IMG/VR virus record: IMGVR_UViG_2703718769_000016
Coordinates: 1 to 19,413 of that record
DNA length: 19,413 nucleotides
Source: a virus
Taxonomy: Duplodnaviria > Heunggongvirae > Uroviricota > Caudoviricetes
Direction: 5' to 3' (one strand)
The notes under the pieces were generated by a model. It was not told the origin of the DNA, did not search any database, and saw nothing but the letters and a program-made list of their open reading frames with translations. The position numbers were made by a program, and so were the translations under genes. This document shows positions 1-7,862 of the stretch, in pieces (positions within the stretch are counted from its first letter, which is position 1; every line of letters begins with the position of its first letter).

Positions 1-1287
1 TCATCGTCTCGCTCTGTGGGGCATGTATGGGACACTTTCAGTTAACTCCTTATTGAGCAGTTCTATCTGCCCGATATTGTTATCTTTCATCCATGCTCCG
101 TAAACATTGAAAACCATTTGGGCGTTTGCATGTCCCATCTGGTTTGCGATAAAGCTTGGATTAGCTCCCGCCGATAATGCCCAGCAGGCATAAGTATGCC
201 TGGACTGATAGGCTTTCCTGTGCCGTAGTCCCGCCCGTCTCAATGCCGATGCCCATGAGTCTCTGATGGAGTCTGCTTTGTAGTGGTGGCCTGCCTGCTG
301 GCATTTTTTCACCAGTTGCGGATTAAAAACAAATGTGCATTCATGTCTTACGGTGCGTCCGAACTCCCGAAGTTTGACGTCAATTTGATATTGAGTACCA
401 AATCTTGTCATTTCAGCCTGACTTTTCAGGGTATCAACGGCTGGTTGAACAAGATGAATAACACGATCTGTTCCCGCTTCGGTTTTTGGTAGAGTGAACT
501 CACCGAGTTTTGTATAATTACGACGGATAGTCATTGTTTTAGCTTTTAAATCAATATCCTCCCAGGCAAGAGATATCAGCTCACCATGACGAATGCCTGT
601 GTATACTGCTAAAGACCACAGGTTTTTTGTTTGTTGATGGTGGCAAGCATCAATAAAACGAATGAATTCGTCATGTGTGAGCGGATCTGGTTCTGTTCTT
701 GATCTTTTTAATGGTGTCAGACCGTTAAACGGGTTTGATTCTGTGTATCCGTTGTCAGCTGCAAATTGAAACATACCTGCAATTGTCGTCATGTAGTAAT
801 TAACTGTAACTACAGATCGCCCTTTGACAGGAGTTGTCTTGCCGTTCGAGAGATTGTGATACCCGGTCAATAAATCTTTCCTGATAAAGAGTAAATCTTC
901 TTTTGTTACAGATGAAGCCAGTCGATTTTCCCCTATACGAGGGAGCATGTTTCTCACCACAGATTGATACCGATTGAGCGCGTTACCACCTATCTCGATT
1001 TTCTTCAGATCCAGCCATTTTTCGGCAAGTGCCTTAATGGTTATCTCCCTTTTCCCCAGACCGAAGTGTTTCAGATTTGGAGACTCAGGGAACTGCGCAG
1101 CGTAGTCGAAATTCCCCATTCTGATTGCAAAACAAACTGAAGTCCTGAGTTCGCCTGCAATCTTCCGGTTTTTGGCTGTGTCAGGAATACCGAGGTTTTC
1201 TCTGACACGTTTGCCGTTATAGTGAAACCATATGCGGAGTGAGCCGCCATGGTTTTCAACGCCTGTTGGGTATGATGTGTTACTCAT
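1..1287 (-). CDS. int: Phage tyrosine integrase (lambda Int family site-specific recombinase)
   Basis: 428-aa ORF; C-terminal catalytic-type residues (R...HxxR...Y pattern, e.g. RHTYACW, GHANAQMVFNVYGAW); N-terminal arm-binding-like domain; SD GGGAGG upstream of ATG at 1287; sits at the prophage edge next to an excisionase-like gene. Confidence 0.9.
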   Translation of the reverse strand: MSNTSYPTGVENHGGSLRIWFHYNGKRVRENLGIPDTAKNRKIAGELRTSVCFAIRMGNFDYAAQFPESPNLKHFGLGKREITIKALAEKWLDLKKIEIGGNALNRYQSVVRNMLPRIGENRLASSVTKEDLLFIRKDLLTGYHNLSNGKTTPVKGRSVVTVNYYMTTIAGMFQFAADNGYTESNPFNGLTPLKRSRTEPDPLTHDEFIRFIDACHHQQTKNLWSLAVYTGIRHGELISLAWEDIDLKAKTMTIRRNYTKLGEFTLPKTEAGTDRVIHLVQPAVDTLKSQAEMTRFGTQYQIDVKLREFGRTVRHECTFVFNPQLVKKCQQAGHHYKADSIRDSWASALRRAGLRHRKAYQSRHTYACWALSAGANPSFIANQMGHANAQMVFNVYGAWMKDNNIGQIELLNKELTESVPYMPHRARR

Positions 1288-1320
1288 TAAACCTCCCAGA
1301 CGTCCAGGAGCATTAACAGG

Positions 1321-1575
1321 TTAACCGGAACTTGCATTTTTGGCACCTGGTTGTTTCTGGTTTTTTATCCACCGCATAATTGCATCTATGTTGTACAGGC
1401 ATTCACTGTTTGGTTTTGGCTCTCCATCCACAGAGAAGTGGATATATTCCCTTCCTAACATCCATGATGTTCTACGTGCTCGCTCGATAGTGCCTGATTT
1501 TAATCCTGTTGCAGCAATTAAGATGCTTTCAGCGCACCATTCACTGGGTGTTATCTGATAGATAATTTGTTGCAT
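1321..1575 (-). CDS. Putative excisionase / DNA-binding protein (Xis-like)
   Basis: 84-aa ORF immediately upstream of int on the same strand; small basic protein with wHTH-like segment (ITPSEW...SGTIERARR); ORF track starts at a TTG (1590), ATG at 1575 more likely. Functional call is mostly positional. Confidence 0.55.
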   Translation of the reverse strand: MQQIIYQITPSEWCAESILIAATGLKSGTIERARRTSWMLGREYIHFSVDGEPKPNSECLYNIDAIMRWIKNQKQPGAKNASSG

Positions 1576-1632
1576 AGAATTGCCTTGCAACCGCCGCCAC
1601 TATAGCTGGTGGACGGCGATCAGGGTTGAACA

Positions 1633-4116
1633 TTAAAAATCAGCTTGACTCGGGATCAGTTTTTGCCAGATTGCTGACACGTATTTTGCCTGGTAACGCG
1701 CATCGTGCAGGGCGTTATGGCGTTCACCTTCGAATGGAATAGTCGTTCTGGCATCGAAATCTATCACCAGTCCCAGAGCAACCATCGTTCGTACATCACG
1801 ATCGTTGTTGTAGCGCCACGGACAGGGGATCCCCTGTCGTTCATATGAACGGCGTAAAATTGCGTTGTCGAAGTTGGCTCCATTTCCCCACACCTGAACA
1901 AAAAATTCACCGGAGTTTTCGGCGATAAACTCCCTGAACTGCAACAGCGCGTCATCCAACGGGATTTCATTGGTAAGAATGGCGGATTGTGCTTCGCGTG
2001 ACTGTTTCAGCCACCACTTAATGGTGTCCCGATCGATGACTCCGCCTGCGGTTTCCAGATCGATAGTTTTGCTGAATTCTGGTCCCATCTCTCCGGTTAC
2101 CGGATCAAAAAACTTACCGGCTATAGCGTTGACTGGCGCATCAGGATTTTTTCCCATTGTTTCAAGGTCAATCATCAGATGGTGCCACAACCTGCTGGTG
2201 GATGTGACTTCATTATGACCGTTCACCTTAATTAAGGGATTTGCTGTCTCGCCAGTTTCATTATCGCTATCGTGATGCTGATCACCGTCAGCATTCTCCT
2301 TGCACGGATGTTCAGGGCTTTCCTGTTTCTCCGGATTTTTTTCCTGATATTCATCCAGGTTTTCTTCATTAAAGGTGTCCTGATACGTTGCGTCGCCCAT
2401 CACCGCGCCACAGTCAGGGCAGTTACCCCCACCAGTCTGGCCGCAGGAATCGCAGGCTTTTTCGGTTTCCGGTTGTGCTTCTGGCTCGTTTTGTAACGCA
2501 TTTGGGCTGTTTTGTTCCGCTTTCTGGCCGTTCTGTTCCGTTTCTTGCTGGTTCTGGTTCACAGAATCGCGGGTTTCAATCCCCTTAACCCATTTCGGAT
2601 CATTTTGGTCGCTAATCCATTCAACAAACTCTCCGCGAGAGGCAGCCAGTACTTTGTCTGCATCGACAGGATTTTTGGGCAGAATGTTTTTCCGTGCCTC
2701 GTGGAGTTCGGCCCGTAACTTCTCGTACTTCGTATCTATCTGTGACTGAGCATCCAGCGGCTGCGTGTCCTGATGATGTTCAGTTGTGTCCGGTTCCACT
2801 GTTTCAGCCGTTGCCTGCTCATCTGCCATTGCGTCAGATGGTTGAGGTTTTTCTTCATCATCCTTTTTTCCTTCTTCTGTTACACGCTGTGGCATCGGGG
2901 CAGAGGAGCGACCGCAGGCAATGGCCACAATCATCGGGTCGGGGGTAGCGTGGTCTGTTTCAGTCAGTACCCTGTTCAGATATTCAGTGACGTGCGCGGG
3001 GATGACCTCGATACCAATTGGTGCTTCTTTCACGGACGCAACCACGATGGCGCGGGAATAATCCAGCCCACCAGGCATGGCGATGAATTTGTCGCGGAAA
3101 ACAGAAAATGGCGGTTTATTTTCAGCGATAATTTCCTCAATGCGTTTCGCGTGTGCCGGATGAAGGTTATAAATGTCCACGTCCATTGAACGAGCCAGTA
3201 CACCTGTGGCCACATCGCGCTCCAGTGACGTCAGATCGTGGACGAAACCTTCGCCGCGATCGGTAAGAATTCCACCGCCAGCATTAGCACCTGATGGGGT
3301 GCGATTGATTTCAGATACATAATTTCCCTTCGCCCACTCTTTTGTCAGTAATCCCTGATCCAGATAATCAGTTTTCATCCAGATGGATATGAACTTGTCG
3401 AATTCTGCCGGGCTGATACGACGGGTTGCTGCGTGAGTGAATGCTCTGGATACCGACTCCGCCAGTCTGCTCAGATGGTGGTTTGTCAGCTTATCCAGTT
3501 CAGGATGAGAGCGTACAGCTGTGAGGAGGCTCTGGAGGTTACTGTCCTCCATATCCATTTCCATGCGGATCACTGTATTGCGTTGTTCCGGTGTTGCGTG
3601 GTGCCTGTATTTTCCGCCTTCTTCCTTGCCGAAAAAGTAGAGATGCAGGAAACGATGAGTCAGACTGAGAGTGGCGACGGGAATTTCACATTCATGGCAG
3701 TCATCGTTACTGTCCTGGGATTTATTTTTCTCTGCGTTCTCTGGCTGAGCACCGCTTTGTTCATCGTTGTCATTGCTGGCTGTTACAGCAGCTTCGCCGT
3801 TGATGTTGTCATTGAAGGGTATAGCCATCATGGTGATACCATCTTCCCCGCCTTTTTCATAGCGGTTGCAGAATTCAGTATCAAACACGCCTTCCGGTGG
3901 AAGGTCATTCACGACGGGGAAATTTACGCGAACGGGTTTTTTGAAATCATCCTCGTCGTAGCCTGCATCGTCCATGGCTGCAATGCAGCGGGAAACTGCG
4001 ACAGAAAGTTTTCTGGCATCAGCCCAGAAAAAACCGCCTTTGATGCCAAGGCGTTTTCTGACTTTATCGTTTTTTGCTTCGCAGTGTAGTGCAAAAGTCT
4101 GTTTATCAGCGCTCAT
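1633..4116 (-). CDS. Prophage exonuclease, 827 aa, with C-terminal DnaQ-like DEDDh 3'-5' exonuclease domain, internal zinc ribbon and acidic low-complexity linkers
   Basis: C-terminus has motifs DLETMG (Exo I), [11 protein letters not shown] (Exo II), [10 protein letters not shown] (Exo III, DEDDh); [16 protein letters not shown] zinc-ribbon-like motif; long D/E/Q/N-rich segments; occupies the recombination-module position between xis and kil. Confidence 0.75.
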   Translation of the reverse strand: MSADKQTFALHCEAKNDKVRKRLGIKGGFFWADARKLSVAVSRCIAAMDDAGYDEDDFKKPVRVNFPVVNDLPPEGVFDTEFCNRYEKGGEDGITMMAIPFNDNINGEAAVTASNDNDEQSGAQPENAEKNKSQDSNDDCHECEIPVATLSLTHRFLHLYFFGKEEGGKYRHHATPEQRNTVIRMEMDMEDSNLQSLLTAVRSHPELDKLTNHHLSRLAESVSRAFTHAATRRISPAEFDKFISIWMKTDYLDQGLLTKEWAKGNYVSEINRTPSGANAGGGILTDRGEGFVHDLTSLERDVATGVLARSMDVDIYNLHPAHAKRIEEIIAENKPPFSVFRDKFIAMPGGLDYSRAIVVASVKEAPIGIEVIPAHVTEYLNRVLTETDHATPDPMIVAIACGRSSAPMPQRVTEEGKKDDEEKPQPSDAMADEQATAETVEPDTTEHHQDTQPLDAQSQIDTKYEKLRAELHEARKNILPKNPVDADKVLAASRGEFVEWISDQNDPKWVKGIETRDSVNQNQQETEQNGQKAEQNSPNALQNEPEAQPETEKACDSCGQTGGGNCPDCGAVMGDATYQDTFNEENLDEYQEKNPEKQESPEHPCKENADGDQHHDSDNETGETANPLIKVNGHNEVTSTSRLWHHLMIDLETMGKNPDAPVNAIAGKFFDPVTGEMGPEFSKTIDLETAGGVIDRDTIKWWLKQSREAQSAILTNEIPLDDALLQFREFIAENSGEFFVQVWGNGANFDNAILRRSYERQGIPCPWRYNNDRDVRTMVALGLVIDFDARTTIPFEGERHNALHDARYQAKYVSAIWQKLIPSQADF

Positions 4117-4223
4117 TGTATTTAAACCTCTGGCTGGATTAGAATTAGCGGCCCTTTGTCTGATTTCTCCGAATACGGTGACGCAGGGAGAAATCCGGTA
4201 GCCTGCGCTGCCGGATTTTTATT

Positions 4224-4610
4224 TCAGTGGAAGGTTGCCTGGTTTGCTGTTTTGTGAGTTGTTTTTCCCTTTTCGTGCTGGCATTCAGGGCAGTCGCACT
4301 CAGAATTTTCTCTTGCAAACTCAAGAGCCTGCGCCAGTGTATGGATTTGTTGTGCTCCAATGTTGCTTCTGACGACTTCACATGCAGCATGAATATATGG
4401 GCTTGGTGCTTTGCCATTTAACCCACATGAAACCAAACGACTGTCTTTATATTCGTTATTTCCAACTTCTGTAAGCACTGAAAAAGAAAATACAAAGTCG
4501 ATTTTGTATTCTTTGCATATTTTACTGATGCGTTCTGCAATTTCTTTGAGTTCATTTATTGCATCAGGACTGGTTTCGGAAAATATTTCATTTTGCTCAA
4601 GTTCTTTCAT
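4224..4610 (-). CDS. Hypothetical protein (AT-rich accessory gene in the early-left operon)
   Basis: 128-aa ORF, markedly AT-rich (K/E/I/N-rich), C-terminal CDCPEC motif; same strand and spacing as the neighbouring early genes. Confidence 0.5.
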   Translation of the reverse strand: MKELEQNEIFSETSPDAINELKEIAERISKICKEYKIDFVFSFSVLTEVGNNEYKDSRLVSCGLNGKAPSPYIHAACEVVRSNIGAQQIHTLAQALEFARENSECDCPECQHEKGKTTHKTANQATFH

Positions 4611-4684
4611 TTTTCAATTTCCGTTATTGATAACTAATGTAAATTACTGTTTGGTGCATATATTCGAGAGTATTTTATTACTCA

Positions 4685-4906
4685 TTACCATGATTCAGCT
4701 TTTACCGGCAAACCATCACGTCCCAGGAAAACTTTAATCATGCAGTCGGTAATGCATGTTTTTGTCGTGAAGTTACGAATATAGAGTTTTCTCTTTTCAA
4801 TATTGTTTGCTGAAGCGATATATGTCCGACCTTCATGAAGAACATAATCGCCAGGCGTCACGCACTGACGTGGTATTTCATCAGTTCCGAAGTGATGAGC
4901 AATCAT
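4685..4906 (-). CDS. kilR: KilR-like host-killing / cell-division inhibitor protein (73 aa)
   Basis: 73-aa product [35 protein letters not shown]... recognised from memory as Rac prophage KilR-like; SD GGAGAT 6 nt upstream of ATG at 4906; ORF track's longer start (4924) overlaps the SD. Confidence 0.55.
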   Translation of the reverse strand: MIAHHFGTDEIPRQCVTPGDYVLHEGRTYIASANNIEKRKLYIRNFTTKTCITDCMIKVFLGRDGLPVKAESW

Positions 4907-5486
4907 AATTATCTCCATTTTCACAAATGAACTTTGTTGATGCAGTGCCTGGTGCCTCTAGGTGACGTTAACCAGTTAACAATTAACGCCGGAATACATA
5001 AGAGGATACTTACGCCAGTAAAAGACCGCTTTACTGATTTAACTGTTCCGCGTGCGCTTAGCCGCATTCACCGCATCACAAAATTCACTTTAAAAAGGGC
5101 GGCAGAGCAGTCACGGAGTAAAACTGATACCGCCAAACGTCACCAGAAAATTGATAACAGAGGGCGTTGCAGCGGGGTTGTCACTTAAGCGTATGGTCAA
5201 CCTTACAACCCGGTGTCCTCAACGGGGAAGAAATAACCCCGCCATACTTACCGCCGCGCCATTTCGCGGATTGCCACAACCGGAAGCACACGGTCGAAGA
5301 AATCTAACGACAAGCCTTCTAAGGAAAAGACGCCTTCGCCGTGTGCTTTCGTGTTGTGCCCTGACTTTTCAGGGAAATATCCTTTCAGTAAACTGTCAGT
5401 GCCGGATGCTCACCCGTGTCCGGTGCACGTTCTCCCCCTCACCAGTGGATAACTCCAAAACTACTGACAACCCCAGGAGGGTGAAT

Positions 5487-5741
5487 ATGGCAAATATTTA
5501 TAGTCCTGACGAATATTTCAAAATAACTAATCAAAACATCAAAAATATTGTTGCCACTCAACAACTCTTTGGTAAATTACTTGGAGTAATTGCTGCCCGC
5601 ACAGGTTTGACTAATGAACTAAAGGAGATAATTGAATCCAGTGCTGCGACAGAAGAATCGATGTCTGAGCATGTTGAGTATTCAAAGCAGTTTATTCTCA
5701 ACTCAATGTCTTTGGTTCGCATAATTAAAGACCATTCTTAA
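5487..5741 (+). CDS. Hypothetical 84-aa protein, opposite strand to the early-left operon (sieB-position moron)
   Basis: Strong SD (CCAGGAGGG) 5-7 nt upstream of ATG at 5487; AT-rich coding sequence; predicted helical soluble protein; the long upstream extension to 5151 looks non-coding (R/K-rich, no SD). Confidence 0.5.
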   Translation: MANIYSPDEYFKITNQNIKNIVATQQLFGKLLGVIAARTGLTNELKEIIESSAATEESMSEHVEYSKQFILNSMSLVRIIKDHS

Positions 5742-5940
5742 CGCTTAAGAACACTTCGTTTATGAAGCATCCACTCGCATCTGGTGATGTTGTATTTATC
5801 GTAGTTAAATCGCTTTTCTTAATAGCGCGTTTAGCAATCCAGATGCGGGCCTCAGTACCTGCATTTGGTTCCACCTGCTGGAGGCGCTTTGCATCTTCCA
5901 GAAGCAGGGCGATAACGTGTTTTAATTCTGCCTCGTTCAT
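5725..5940 (-). CDS. Hypothetical small protein (71 aa), early-left operon
   Basis: ATG at 5940 lies 1 nt after the stop of the upstream 51-aa ORF (GGTGAATAAAATG), i.e. translationally coupled; ORF track begins it at an upstream GTG (5949). Confidence 0.4.
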   Translation of the reverse strand: MNEAELKHVIALLLEDAKRLQQVEPNAGTEARIWIAKRAIKKSDLTTINTTSPDASGCFINEVFLSVKNGL

Positions 5941-5941
5941 T

Positions 5942-6097
5942 TTATTCACCTGAGTTTCTTTCCAGCCAGCGACGCGCGCCAGCTTCGGTTTTAAACGTTT
6001 TGCTTCTGGTATACGTCATCGCGGTGAACGTACCGTCCTGGTTTGGGAACACGCCGAAAACCAGAGATTCATTGTTGCCAAGATTGAGCATATCCAT
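5942..6097 (-). CDS. Small 51-aa protein, YdaF-like (first gene of the leftward operon)
   Basis: Not in the ORF track (under 60 aa). MDMLNLGNNESLVFGVFPNQDGTFTAMTYTRSKTFKTEAGARRWLERNSGE; SD GAGG 6 nt upstream of ATG at 6097; length and position match Rac ydaF from memory. Confidence 0.4.
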   Translation of the reverse strand: MDMLNLGNNESLVFGVFPNQDGTFTAMTYTRSKTFKTEAGARRWLERNSGE

Positions 6098-6264
6098 GTT
6101 GACCTCATTTACCCTTAACGCCGGGTAGCGGAACTAAAAACCTGCTGCGCTGTTATACAAAGTGTTCCCGCCGTCATGTTCATACGCCTCGGGCTGGCTA
6201 CTTAACCCCTGACCACTGCCGGGTAACTCGAAGTATTGCCCTGCATTCTGTGAAGCGGGGTGGG

Positions 6265-6320
6265 TTGTAATGAATATAAGAATATTTAGTTTTGCCGTCA
6301 AGTTGAATATAAATATTTTT
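6265..6320. promoter_or_regulatory. OL-like operator/promoter region (repeated TGAATATAA sites)
   Basis: TGAATATAAG at 6271-6280 and TTGAATATAAAT at 6303-6314; the same 12-mer recurs at 7031-7042 on the other side of the repressor gene. Confidence 0.35.
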
Positions 6321-6346
6321 AAGATAAAAGGCCGGCAAAGCCGACC
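6318..6346 (-). terminator. Rho-independent terminator downstream of the repressor gene
   Basis: Minus-strand hairpin GGTCGGC-TTT-GCCGGCC (one G-U pair) followed by TTTTATCTT. Confidence 0.5.
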
Positions 6347-6370
6347 TCTGATTACAGGGAAAAGCGGGAG

Positions 6371-7015
6371 CTAGAGGCTGAACTGAACACCTTTTGCTAC
6401 AGCAACGATGTTACATTCCGGTGTAAGTAAGGATGATTGATAGCGTGGGTTAAGGGGGGCTAAGTACACGAGCTTTCCATCAATAACTAATTTTTTTATA
6501 GTCATGGATGGTTCGTTTGTGAGTGGATCTGGGACTATTACTGCGACGATGCTACCATTTTTATATTTTTCGCCAGGCCTCATGATCACTGTGGCTCCAA
6601 CTGGAATGCTTGGGGATCCTGATGGATTGTGCATAGTATCATCAGGCATTGAAACGGCAAAATCTCCCTCCTTGACATCAAAGAATGTGGTGATCCTGTC
6701 GACATTTCCCATAGTTTTCTCTCCTTTTAATATTAGGAAAGAAATCGCTTCTCCCCAAGAAAGGTATGGGATTTGGGTACCTGGATTTTTCTGCACAAGG
6801 GATGATTCAGGTGATGATACTCCATACAGGAGATAGGACTCAGTAGTGCCTAGTGCTAGGGCTAATTTACTAAGAGCTTTGCTACCTGGTTCGTTTAGAT
6901 CTTTCTCCCAGTATCCTATTGTTACCCCAGTTACGCCAGAAAGCTTGCCAAGTTCAACTTGGGTCAGACCTTTGTCTTTTCTGAGTTTCTTAAGCCTAAT
7001 GCCAAGGCTTTCCAT
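6371..7015 (-). CDS. CI-like prophage repressor (N-terminal HTH_XRE, C-terminal S24 LexA-like peptidase domain)
   Basis: N-terminal LTQVELGKLSGVTGVTIGYWEKD helix-turn-helix; C-terminal domain with S24-type fold features; SD GGGAGA upstream of ATG at 7015; divergent from a Cro-like gene. Confidence 0.85.
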   Translation of the reverse strand: MESLGIRLKKLRKDKGLTQVELGKLSGVTGVTIGYWEKDLNEPGSKALSKLALALGTTESYLLYGVSSPESSLVQKNPGTQIPYLSWGEAISFLILKGEKTMGNVDRITTFFDVKEGDFAVSMPDDTMHNPSGSPSIPVGATVIMRPGEKYKNGSIVAVIVPDPLTNEPSMTIKKLVIDGKLVYLAPLNPRYQSSLLTPECNIVAVAKGVQFSL

Positions 7016-7024
7016 TATTTTCTC

Positions 7025-7114
7025 CCGCGAATTGAATATAAATTATTTTAGATTGTATTGACCTAAAAAAAATTACCCTTTAATCTAAAAATACTTAGTT
7101 TTTAAGGGGGCGAA
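7025..7114. promoter_or_regulatory. OR-like operator region with divergent promoters (pR-like for the cro-like gene, pRM-like for the repressor)
   Basis: TTGAATATAAAT at 7031-7042 (identical to the 6303-6314 site); TTGACC at 7057-7062 then 17 nt then TAATCT; SD AAGGGGG before ATG 7115. Confidence 0.4.
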
Positions 7115-7342
7115 ATGCGAGTTGATGAACTTGTCCAGTTTTTTGGTTCTGTCCAAAGAGTCGCTGATTTTTATGGGGTAACCCGAGAAGCTATATACAT
7201 GTGGCGTAAGCGTCCCGGCGAAATAGTTCCCAAGGGGAGGGCTGCTGAAGCAGTTGCATACTCCAAGGGAAAATTATCGTTGAACCCAGAACTTTACAAA
7301 AAGAAGGATAACACCTCGAACGAAAGGAAAAATGATTCATGA
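7115..7342 (+). CDS. Cro-like HTH regulator (YdaS family)
   Basis: 75-aa protein with HTH (FGSVQRVADFYGVTREAIYMWRKR); divergently transcribed from the CI-like repressor; stop overlaps the next gene's ATG (ATGA). Confidence 0.7.
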   Translation: MRVDELVQFFGSVQRVADFYGVTREAIYMWRKRPGEIVPKGRAAEAVAYSKGKLSLNPELYKKKDNTSNERKNDS

Positions 7343-7776
7343 AAATCAAACATGAGCACATCCGCATGGCGATGAATGCGTGGCTGCTTTATCCGAGGGT
7401 AGGGCGCAAAAAAATCGCTGATGATATAGCGACAGCATATTTTGAGCTTGAAATGACTTATCCACCAATGCATGACACCTCTACGACAGAGGGTATTGGA
7501 TTGAACATACAAAATATTTTTCGCTGGCTTGAAAAGGATACGCCTGATGCTGTTGAAAAAATTCAGGCACTAATTCCGGCTATCCTGACTGTTCTTCCGC
7601 GTGAACTGCGTTATCACCTCAGTATTTTTGACACTGTTGAGCGCCGTGCATTACTGGCGGCGCAGGAAGCGTTAAGTACGGCAATTGATGCACATGATGA
7701 TGCAGTCCAGGCCGTTTACCGGAAAGCGTATTTCAGCGACGGCGGGTCATCCGGCGAGTCTGTTGTGGTGCATTGA
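7339..7776 (+). CDS. YdaT-like (CII-analogue) early regulatory protein
   Basis: 145-aa ORF translationally coupled to the cro-like gene; family assignment by position and recalled similarity only. Confidence 0.5.
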   Translation: MKIKHEHIRMAMNAWLLYPRVGRKKIADDIATAYFELEMTYPPMHDTSTTEGIGLNIQNIFRWLEKDTPDAVEKIQALIPAILTVLPRELRYHLSIFDTVERRALLAAQEALSTAIDAHDDAVQAVYRKAYFSDGGSSGESVVVH

Positions 7777-7862
7777 TATTTATGCCAGACCCCTGCTGAT
7801 TCTGTTGATTGGGGAATCACAGATTATCACCAGAGGATGGTTCGTCACAAGGTGAGGCAATT

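Noticed and set aside
1764-4089. Many ORFs of 60-218 aa on the opposite strand or in alternative frames within the exonuclease gene (for example 2773..3189, 3433..4089)
   Set aside because: They are embedded in a long, motif-bearing ORF, lack SD sequences and have skewed low-complexity composition typical of antisense frames.
1633-4116. Calling the 827-aa exonuclease RecE (exodeoxyribonuclease VIII)
   Set aside because: Length and position resemble RecE, but the C-terminal motifs are DEDDh (DnaQ-like), not the PD-(D/E)XK nuclease of RecE, and no recT is adjacent; left as a generic exonuclease.
5151-5486. Long N-terminal extension of the 5487..5741 gene (ORF track 5151..5741, 196 aa)
   Set aside because: The extension is R/K/P-rich and non-protein-like, there is no SD at 5151, and a strong SD sits directly before ATG 5487.
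4925-5486. Retron ncRNA or type III (ToxI-like) repeat array in the long non-coding gap
   Set aside because: No tandem repeats and no reverse-transcriptase or ToxN-like gene adjacent; only isolated hairpins, so kept as an unexplained structured region.
7115-7776. Interpreting the YdaS-like/YdaT-like pair as a toxin-antitoxin system
   Set aside because: Position (divergent from the CI-like repressor, upstream of replication genes) and HTH content fit Cro/CII-type regulators better; TA status is not supported by anything in the sequence.
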